A stretch of 63,296 nucleotides of DNA, filler included, from Octopus bimaculoides (taxonomy: Eukaryota): assembly GCF_001194135.2 (NCBI RefSeq). It is 3 parts of 3 records of this genome, joined end to end, with 100 filler letters (N's around TTAATTAATTAA, not from the genome) between each part and the next. Parts side by side here need not be neighbours in the genome. Positions count along the whole stretch, not along the records: positions 24,434 to 54,763 come from NC_068991.1; 2 more parts are not named here. One strand, given 5' to 3'. Below, in pieces: positions 39,819 to 48,460 of this stretch (positions are counted from its first letter, which is position 1; every line of letters begins with the position of its first letter). The notes beneath the pieces were generated by a model. The model searched no databases, was not told the DNA's origin, and saw only the letters and a program-made list of their open reading frames with translations. The position numbers and the translations under genes are program-made.

Positions 39819-42800
39819 ACACACACCATAAGCCAATGAAGGAGCCTCTATGCAGTCAATTGACAAGCTGGAAATAGCTCACCTTACCAACACCAAAAAC
39901 AAAAGACAGACTGCTTACTTTGAGTTCTGTGATCTTAGTATTAGCCTTGTTTGAAATGGATGGCACCTCTTATTTGTAATGCTTTCATCATAATTCAACC
40001 GAATTTTTTTTTTAATTTTACAAACTACTTAAAAGAAAGCATTATTGTCAAGAATATAAGCTAACCCAAAGACAGTCTTTGATGATGCAAAAGTGGTGTT
40101 ACATATAATATAAAAGTTAATAGATAATTGAGTGAAATAAATTTCTTCTTATATGACTTTCCAAGGTCTGAAAAGTAAACCCAGATCAAAAGACACTGTT
40201 TCTATTAGTCAGGCTGGTGTCCTCATCTTGATTGTTGCTTTCATTACGTTTTGCTTTGTGTACACTCCAACCTTCTTCAGGTGTCTTGTGTTGAACTCAG
40301 TTGTGTCAGAATTCTGATACAACTAAGTTCAACACAAGACATCCGAAGAAGGCTGGAGCGTAGAAAAGCCAAAACGTAATGAGAGTAACATTGAAGATGA
40401 GGACACCAGTCCAACTAATAGGAACATAAAATACTAATAGAAACATAATATAAGTTTCTCATCTCAGGAATATAGAATTGTAGAAGTAATGTAGGATTAA
40501 ATTTCCTGTTTAAAAACACCAAGAAACATTTTTAGTAGATTTGGACATCTGATACATGTTATAAAAGTACTAGACTCTACGCACTCAACTATTTCATCCA
40601 GCAATCCAAAATCAATATGTTTAGCCAAAATCAATGTGCTTGCACACACACATGCACAAACACATACACACTGAGGTTACATTTCTAACTGAATACAAAA
40701 CTTGGAAATATCTACTATTTATTGTTAATTTTCTTGCCTTTCTTTGTTAACAGGGGCCATTCCTAACTCCCGAACAAGTGATGCGAAAGCGCTATAGACC
40801 TTTAAAACCCAATCTACAAACTGAAACAGATGTTGACCATCTGGTTAAAGCTTGGAATAAGTTTAAGACAGAATTATCTCAGAAACATTATGGAAATTTG
40901 TAAATAATTTTTTTCTTTTTCTTTCTTACAATCTTTGATATACTGATGAGGTAACTGTGTCTACTCCAACCTTGCAAGGTCTTTACCTATACTCCAACTT
41001 AATAAGGTCTATACTTATATTCCAATCTAATAAGGTCTTTATAAAGGGATTTTTTTAATAACTTTGGTTGGATTTAAATTCAAGGTGCAATACTTTTCAG
41101 TGAATTCTGTTACGAAAAACTGCTCGAATTTTTTCCAAATGAATTGTGAGAACTATCTACAGGTAGTCAAGTCAATGGGTACTGGATAACTTAAAGATTG
41201 GTGATTCATTTGTAGTCAGTAGCGTTTTGCAATGTTCAAGACACTTACTTGTTTTTCAATGGTCTAGACCCAGTAAGTAGGTAACTCACGCTGGTATAAC
41301 TGACTGTGCTATGTAGTGGTGTCATTCTAAAACTGATACAGAGTTTTTGTACTCTACAGTATTGAAGTCAACTGTTGATGTAGGAAAGATAATGGTAGAT
41401 TTGTGTGAGCCAGAGCAAAGCAAGGGAGGTAAATCTGAAGGACATTACTACTTAATCTCATGAAACTGGTAAAATGTGAGACCAATCGGAGTTTTGTAGA
41501 CTTTTCATTTTTATGACATGTAAGGAAGTTGGCAGTACCCGCTACGTTTATAGTCCTTCCCACCCCCATTATATAAAGTATTCAACAACTAACCCACTAC
41601 ACACTGAAAACTAGATACTAATCCATTTCCCTGTACACTAAAATCTAACAACCCATTCTGACTGTAAACTGTGACCCAACTACCCTGTTAACCATCTTCA
41701 ACTGTACGGTGTACTCCAGCTAGTCACCTCTAGTATTCCTTGCAGATAAACTATTTCCATTTCATACTGTAACGCTATATTAATCCAGCCTTGTTTACTG
41801 TATTTGTGCAATTAACCCAGAATTGTTTACCATTCCAGTTGTTTACCAAGCAAGATTGATGAACCAAAGTATGAACCACTTATCTGTAATGATTCCTCCC
41901 ATGTACTTCCTGTGTACGGAAGACTGAGCTTCAGGGAATATAAATCCTGGTTGTTCACAGGAAAGAAGGTAAGTTGTTCAATAAAATAGGTGAATAGGTT
42001 GTTGAGTGATGGGGTTGACAGCAGTAGACAACAAAAGTTACAGCTTCTGAGTGCAGAAGATTTCAATTTCTGGTCAATAGCCCTTTGTATTTTTTCACCT
42101 ATGATAGTCCAGGGCTAAGTCAATTCTGAATGATTTAGTTCCCTTATGTGTAAATATTTACTGTGAAGGTGCAATGACCCAGTGGTTAGGGCAGCGGACT
42201 TGCAGTCGTAGGATCGTGGTTTTGATTCCCAGACCTAGCATTGTGAGTGTTTATTGAGTGAAAACACCTAAAGTTCCACGAGGCTCCAGCAAGGGGTGGT
42301 GGTGAACCCTGCTGTACTCTTTCACCACAACTTTCTTCCTGTTTCTGTTGTACCTGTATTTCGAAGGGCCAGCCTTGTCACACTCTGTGTCATGCTGAAT
42401 CTCCCCAAGAACTATGTTAAAGGTACACATGTCTGTGGAGTGCTGAACCACTTGCACGCGTTAATTTCATGAGCAGGCTGTTCCATTAATTGGATCAACT
42501 GAAACCCTTGTTGTCATAACCGATGGAGTGCCAGGAGAAATATTTACTGTCAAGAAGCATCAAATTGTTGCTGCTGTTGGTTGTTTAGTCCATGTTATCC
42601 TTGATCAAGCAGAAGTTACAGTCACAGACACTACTACCACAATAGTCATGTCTCTTTAGCAGAACATACTTCTACATTTTCTTATGTTTCTTCACTTACA
42701 AGACATTAAGGTGTGATTTGTGTTGAGATTTGGCAATTATTTGTAGCTGGTCAAGCCAAGCAACAAAATAAAAACCTGTTTATTGCTCCTCTCTTGTGGT

Positions 42801-43926
42801 TTAGTCCCAGTTGAGCTCTGATCAAGCAGAGCCATGACTAAAAAGCATTCCATGGCTATTCATCCTTTATGTTTCCAGATACAGTTTATCTAGGATCATA
42901 TTATCGAATGTCTTTTCTTTTAGGATGGATGGCTTTATGGTTCCCAAAGATGTGGTTTCAAGTTTTGTCCTACTGTGTAATATATTAGACAATTGTCTTC
43001 TACTATAGCCCTGGGTTAACCAAAGCCTTGTGAGTGGATTTGGTAGATGGACACTGAAAAGAAGGCCATTATGTGTGTGTGAGTGCTCATGCATGTATCT
43101 GCATGCTTATTTACATCTGCTCTTCCCTGAAATTCTCCTCGTTAGAATCAGTGATGCTGTCATTATCCTTGTCAATAAAGTGTTCACTGGTTTGCTGCCC
43201 ACAAAGACATAAGAAATAGGAGGTTTCTTACTTGAAAAATGGGTGTCAGTGACAAAAGCATATGCCTTTAAAACAATACAGTGGACAGTAGTTTGATTGA
43301 TGATTTAGCAGAGTGTCCCTTGAGGTCTGACAATAACGCACACACATACACATATTCCCCTCTATGTTGGCCCCTTGTGGGCAATAAAAAAATCACACAT
43401 ACATACATATATGTAAACAAACATATTCACAGGCACAATGTGGTGGAAGTGTCTGCTTATAAAATCCATGTTTTGTTTGTTATATGTAATTGATTAAATA
43501 TTGCTAAGAATGGATGTAAAAAGCACCAATGCTGGTACCACATAAAGAGCATTATGTAAAATGTACCCAGTACACTCTGTAAAGTGGTTGGCATTAGGCA
43601 GGGCATCCAGCCATAGGAATCATGCCAAAACAGACAATTGGAGCTTGGTGCAGCTCTCCGGCTTGCCAAATCCTTGTCAAACTGTCCAACCCATGCCAGC
43701 ATGGGAAACAAACGTTAAATGATGGTGATGATGATCATCATCATATCCAGAGATCATGTTACCCAAAAACATCACATACATTCATACACCCACTTGCACC
43801 CTCTGTAAATTTTAAAATTTCAGCAAGTCAGATCTGTTAATAGTAATTTCTCTCTAACTGTAGGATTTCAAAACAGTATTGCCACCAGTTTCCGTGTTTG
43901 ATGAATATAAACAAGAAGCTGGGTGA
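28374..43926 (+). CDS. SPATA17: SPATA17-like multi-exon gene (spermatogenesis-associated protein 17, IQ motifs); join 28374-28420 (tentative), 30111-30192, 31880-31930, 35522-35625, 36741-36893, 38612-38780, 40754-40899, 41839-41968, 43864-43926; about 314 aa
   Basis: All exons have AG/GT boundaries and chain in one frame without stops. Peptides IQRNWRGY, IQKVWKGY, HHLISTAVIPGVYNSPF, QGPFLTPEQVMRKRYRPLKPNL and KDFKTVLP match human SPATA17 motifs recalled from memory (IQKWWRSF, IQRRWRGY, HYLLSTKQIPGIYNSPF, QGPFRDITEVLEQRYRPLEPTL, KDFQTVLP). BLASTP is needed to confirm. The 5' end is uncertain. Confidence 0.85.
29167..29384. mobile_element. piggyBac-type MITE
   Basis: TTAA-CCCTTTTG ... CAAAAGGG-TTAG termini; a related inverted copy lies at about 45720-45915. 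Confidence 0.7.
30111..30192 (+). CDS. SPATA17: SPATA17-like exon, IQ motif (LRTDAAIVIQRNWRGYKARVYFAHYFW)
   Basis: ttctctcttttggtag acceptor, TGG|gtaagt donor, 82 nt, phase 2 to 0, canonical IQxxxRGxxxR. Confidence 0.9.
30250..31290. repeat. Nested inverted-repeat (fold-back) structure in a SPATA17 intron
   Basis: 238 bp arms at 30250-30487 and 31053-31290 with only a handful of mismatches, plus two inner inverted pairs. Confidence 0.9.
31880..31930 (+). CDS. SPATA17: SPATA17-like exon (TRYYEKCINHYEKMATK)
   Basis: ttatcttttgtag acceptor, AAG|gtttgt donor, 51 nt, phase 0 to 0; leads directly into the next IQ motif. Confidence 0.8.
33050..33411 (+). mobile_element. Mariner (irritans-like) 3' fragment with TIR
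   Basis: PSDCDLFSNM, GIQALQH.WKKCVEGNYVEK; ends aacttttcagctgaccctcat. Confidence 0.7.
34988..35494 (+). repeat. Direct duplication of a ~173 bp unit at 334 bp spacing
   Basis: gagctagaaacat(c/t)gatgtctg ... taaactttgc at 34988-35160 and 35322-35494. Confidence 0.85.
35522..35625 (+). CDS. SPATA17: SPATA17-like exon, IQ motif (IQKVWKGYYSRKYILNFYKRKHQLKLIIEKNSYY)
   Basis: ttctcattcag acceptor with upstream TAACTAAC branch-like motif, CT|gtaagt donor, 104 nt, phase 0 to 2. Confidence 0.9.
36741..36893 (+). CDS. SPATA17: SPATA17-like exon (THIADFAKKK...HHLISTAVIPGVYNSPF)
   Basis: ttttattttag acceptor, GG|gtaagg donor, 153 nt, phase 2 to 2; conserved STxxIPGxYNSPF motif. Confidence 0.9.
38124..38340. 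mobile_element. piggyBac-type MITE (second family), decayed 5' end
   Basis: ttagcatt ... aatgctaaaggattaa termini; its 3' part recurs at about 31290-31360. Confidence 0.5.
38612..38780 (+). CDS. SPATA17: SPATA17-like exon (KYLKYLFCVSQNHEAENFLK...SAGLKKPQ)
   Basis: ctgtttccttacctaatag acceptor, CAG|gtagaa donor, 169 nt, phase 2 to 0; lies within ORF 38544-38798. Confidence 0.8.
40203..40420. repeat. About 218 bp near-perfect palindrome with hammerhead-like arms
   Basis: Arms tattagtc..ctggtgtcctcatctt / aagatgaggacaccag..ctaata meet at central TCAGAATTCTGA; same family as 57759-57946. Confidence 0.85.
40754..40899 (+). CDS. SPATA17: SPATA17-like exon (GPFLTPEQVMRKRYRPLKPNL...KHYGN)
   Basis: tctttgttaacag acceptor, TT|gtaaat donor, 146 nt, phase 0 to 2; GPF...RYRPL.P.L motif. 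Confidence 0.88.
41839..41968 (+). CDS. SPATA17: SPATA17-like exon (CLPSKIDEPKYEPLI...SFREYKSWLFTGKK)
   Basis: gtttaccattccag acceptor (alternative in-frame acceptor at 41821), AAG|gtaagt donor, 130 nt, phase 2 to 0. Confidence 0.8.
42165..42535 (+). mobile_element. tRNA-derived SINE (family C)
   Basis: tRNA-like head ggtgcaatgacccagtggttagggcagcggact...ggttttgattcccag followed by about 300 bp of non-tRNA body. Confidence 0.7.
43864..43926 (+). CDS. SPATA17: SPATA17-like terminal coding exon (DFKTVLPPVSVFDEYKQEAG*)
   Basis: tttctctctaactgtag acceptor; DFKTVLP matches recalled DFQTVLP; TGA at 43924-43926; AT-rich 3' region follows. Confidence 0.85.
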   Translation, partial: DFKTVLPPVSVFDEYKQEAG

Positions 43927-46715
43927 TGAGTGGAGCCAAACAGACGATGCCCTCACTGCTGACAATTCCTTCCTGATCAGTCAAGAACATGTTAATTATT
44001 AAAATATATATATTTATATTACAACCGTTATGATATATATATACACATATATATCAATATATATAATTTGATGTTCGTATTCAGTAAAATGAAATAATGA
44101 ATTTGCAAGATCATCATCAAGACTTTCTTTTCATTTGATCTCAATTTTTCTCTGAAAACCTTTAAAGTTTTGTTCATAATTAACAGCAACTGTCGCAGTT
44201 TATTAAGTAAATGTATGAGTACTTTTCCTTTAATTTTTGAACATCATGGCAAATAATGCCTCTAACAGGGAGTTAAAATTTGGTGATATCATTCATTAAT
44301 GATTTAAATAGTGTGAGAGAGAGAGAGAGAGAGAGAGAGCTTAGACTTGGAAAAAATAATCAGTAACATTTTAGTGTCTTCTGTACACATCAGCATGAAA
44401 TTTATAGAGAGATTTATTTATTAAGGAGGAGTGCAGTGATCATTGCATTGATGCCTTCACTAGTGAATGGTGAGGATTAAAAAGAACATCACTTTATTGA
44501 TATAATGGTGGGTTTATTATTGTAATGAGAGTAAATAACACTAATTTATAATGTAGACCTATCTTGGAATGTTTTTTTAATGGGAGTTGTGCAGCTTCCA
44601 AGTTAGAGATTACTGGAGCACAAATTAAGCTCTGTAACAGGAAATCAACATCTAGAAATCAATATCTTGTAAATATGTGAAAACCAACTTACCTGAGCAG
44701 GTGAAAATGATGTGACAATAGGTAAAAATTACAACAATAGGAAAAGCCCAAACTCATAATGTTCACCATTTGTCATTGAAAATCATGCAATAGTTATTTT
44801 CACAGTTTTTATACTGGATTGACTGCATTTCATCAAAATCTCTGGTTTCTAACAGGATTGGAAAATTTATTGAGAGAAAGTACTTTTGTCAAATGTATTA
44901 CTTATTTATTTATATTGTTTTGAATTGATTACACATGATTTTGTAGCTTCAAGATATCAAAGATGTGTTTGTATATTTTTAGAATGATGTTATAAGGTAG
45001 GTTTTAACATAAAACCGGCAGAATATTTGGGCTGATTATGGCTGGGTTCAATTAATATTAGTTTAATGTGGTATAAAGACCCTATTGAGCCACAGATTAT
45101 TCATGTTCATTTCTAACTAGAATTACGCATTAGTCCATGGAATGAGAACCAAGGGAAGTAACTCTACTGAGTTATTTCCATTGAATTGCAAATTCAATGG
45201 AATTAAGTTATGTCCATTGAATTGCAAATAGTTTAGACAATTGGACTGCTAGGTGGAGGCTCACTATTCCATATCCTGCCACAGATACTGCATGGTATCT
45301 ATAACTTGGTCCAGAATGCAGTAAAAAGGTACCAATTTTTGAAACTGTGAGAAGCAGAGTTATTGTAAATTAACAAATGTTTAATTAGCTTACTTATTAC
45401 AGTACTGAAAAAAGCAACAGCTTGTTAAATTCAAATTACGACAAACGTAAATAAACAAACGAAGTTTGCTTTTAGAAGTGTTGAGATGTCTTAGAAAGTT
45501 AAAGAAGTGATTTTAAATTCTCAATGCTAATAATATAGCCTGAACAGGATAAACTACCCCTATTTTGCAGAGAAAAGTGTTCTGCCTTTCAGCCTAAGCT
45601 TTCATTACTGGCTTCAGATGGTTTTCTGCATAGACACAGGGTTACACTTTTGGGGCATGGAACAGTTGATTATAGTAGTCCCAGTGTTTTTTGACTAAAA
45701 GAGAGATTTGTATTAACTCTCATGAAACCACTCTGCCACTTCCTGATTTAAAGTGATCTAAATAAAAACCTTCCATAAAAATTTCATGTTAATTTGTGTT
45801 CCAAATACCAGCTCAGTAATGACAAAATTATTTTATTAAATTATTTATTATTTTCAAAATTGATTAAAACAATGGCAGAGTATTTCAACAGAAATACAAT
45901 AACAAATGGGGTTAATAAAAACATCTCCTTTATAATGGAAATAACTTGGGCAATTTGATTTGGTTTTAATAAGTAAATAGATATTTTTAATGTTTTAAAC
46001 ATTCATTGACTTTATGCCAAATTTCCCAAATTTGGCATAAAGCCACAAGTTTGTAAAGAAGTGATATACAAGTCAACTGAATTGATGCCCATACTGGTTC
46101 TTTTTCTTCTTCCTGTGGTATAATAAAACAAGTCAGTTCCAGATGATTTTGAGCTCACAATGTAAAGATACATAACTGTAATGCTTCTTTTATAATAACG
46201 ATGATGAGTTTCTAGCATACATACAAGACCTTTCTTTTAAGGACAAGGTTGGGGGCAAGGAACAGTCAATTAAATCAAACCCAGTAAGTAATTGGCACAG
46301 TACCAAATCTCTTATCTATCTTCTAGAAATCTAGAATTTCCAGGAATACTGTGCAATACCATGCAGTATATTGTACCCTATATTGAGTAAACAGACCCTG
46401 TGTGTGAAGCTAGTTAATTTGCATACATTGTGTTAAAAGTAGTTTTGTTCTTTACTTTTTTTATGTGGATTATTAAAAATTAAACACACTCTGCTTTAGA
46501 AACATATCAAATTGTATCTATATCTGTTAAATAGGAAAAAAAGGTTCTTTAATTTTCATCCAATACCTTTATACTGTACATATGGTGCAGTATTATATAT
46601 TTTAAGAAGTTTAAATGGATTAATAAATATCAAACAAACCCTGTTTTAGACATGTATTAATTTGAATCTGTTAAATACAATTTAGTTCATTACTTTTCAT
46701 ATTTTATTTTATATT

Positions 46716-47000
46716 CTAAATATATATGTATAAGCTGCCTCCAGATTCCAGAAAATCCAGGTCACTTCCGGTCCCAAGCTTGATGGATATTTGGCTCGAT
46801 ATTGTACTTGGTTTCATTGAAGGATTTGAACTTGGATTATAAAGTATTTTGTTCAAAAACGGAGTATTTTGTTGAAAGGGACACTCTAAATCATCAATCA
46901 AACTACGATCCACTTCTCCATGATAGCATGGTTTAGAATATAAAGAGCTGAAATAAATACTGCAGGGTTCTAACAATTCTGTCAACCCACTTCTCTTTCT
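46716..47000 (-). CDS. Hypothetical terminal exon of an unidentified minus-strand gene (...SKPCYHGEVDRSLIDDLECPFQQ...FLESGGSLYIYI*)
   Basis: About 95 open codons of non-repetitive, protein-like composition, with a stop followed by AATAAA-containing AT-rich sequence. Candidate acceptors exist (tatttatttcag). No homology recognised. Confidence 0.3.
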   Translation of the reverse strand, partial: RKRSGLTELLEPCSIYFSSLYSKPCYHGEVDRSLIDDLECPFQQNTPFLNKILYNPSSNPSMKPSTISSQISIKLGTGSDLDFLESGGSLYIYI

Positions 47001-47009
47001 GTAGTAGTA

Positions 47010-48460
47010 GTCCATTCTACTATAGGTACAAGGCCTGAAATTTTGGAGGAGGGGGCTAGCTGATTACATCAACCCCCTATACTTGACTGGTAATTTCACT
47101 GACTCCAAAAGGATGAAAGGCTAAGCATCTTGTTTGGTGTATTAATGATACTACCACCTTAGTAGTAGTAGAAGTTTCAAATTTTGGCACAAGGTCAGCA
47201 ATTTTAGAGGGAGCAAGTGTATTGCATCAACTCAGTACCTATCTGGTACATATTTTATCAACCCCAAAAGAATGAAAGGCAAAGTTGACCTTAGCTGAAT
47301 TTGAACTCAGAATGAAGTGAGAGAAAATACTGTTAGTCATTTTGTCCAATGCTCTGATTCAACCAGCTCACCACTTTTAATGATAATAATCCTTTCTACT
47401 ATAGGCACAAGGCTTGAAATTTTGGAGAAGGGGGCTAGTCTATTACATTGACCCCAGTATTTCACTGGTACTTAAGTTATCAACCCCGAAAGGATGAAAG
47501 TAAAGTTAACCTTGGCGGAATCTGAACTCAGAACGTGAAGATGGACAAAATGCTAATAATAATGGTTTCTTACTTAAAGACAAGGGTTTGTCAGGGAGGC
47601 ATTGATCCATTAAATAAATAATTATTTTATGAATGGATGAAAACTAAATTTACTCTTGTTAGAATCTGAAGGTGGAATCAAGTGGGCTGAAAGTAAACGT
47701 ATTACCACATACACTCTACAGATTCTACCATTTACAACCACCAAACACATAATAATAATAACCAGCAGAAAACTGCCCAGAGGGTAGTATTTCTGTTAGT
47801 AGTAGTAGTAGTAATAATCCTTGCTACAATAGGCACAAGGCTTGAAATTTTGAGGAAGGGCACTAGTTGATTACATCAACCCCAGTGTTTCACTGGTGCT
47901 TAAATTCTAATGATTCTGCCAGCTTCTTTCTACAATAGGCATAAGGCCTAAAATTTAATCAACTCCAAAAGGTCAAAAGACAAAGTCAACTCCAGTGAAA
48001 TTTGAACTCAGAACATAAAACTGGAAGACATGCTATAAAACATTTTGTTTGCCATGCTAATGGTTCTACCAGTCCAATGCCTTAATAATTCTTTCTATTA
48101 TAGGCACAAGGCCTGAAATTTTTAAGGAGAGGTCTAGTCAATTACATCAACTCCAGTACAGGACTGGTACTTATTTTATCTACCATGAAAGGATGGAAGG
48201 TAAAGTCAATCCCGGTGGAATTTGAACCCAGAATATAAAGAGCCAGAAGAAATGCAGCTAAGTATTTTGTCTGGCAATGCTAATGATTCTGGCAGCTCAC
48301 CACCTCAATAATAAGCCCAATTTTTAGTGATAACTTCCCAAGAGAAGATAATGCATAAGTTAACTTACTAATGGGGTGACAATAATGATTATTTCCAAAA
48401 TAGGCACAAGGCCTGAAATTTGGGGGAGGAAGCCAGTTGATTACATTAACTACAATGGAT
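47010..48460 (-). repeat. Cluster of about 7 co-oriented family A SINE copies
   Basis: Motif taggcacaaggc(c/t)tgaaattt or a variant at about 47020, 47185, 47400, 47830, 47935, 48100 and 48400, separated by (AAT)n/(AGT)n tracts. Confidence 0.85.

Noticed and set aside
42172-42245. tRNA-like sequence
   Set aside because: Acceptor stem and B box are degenerate and it continues into a ~300 bp repeat body, so it is a SINE head rather than a tRNA gene
47010-48460. CRISPR-like or prokaryotic repeat-spacer array
   Set aside because: Units are 100-200 bp diverged SINE copies in a eukaryotic genome, with no constant short repeat and no cas genes
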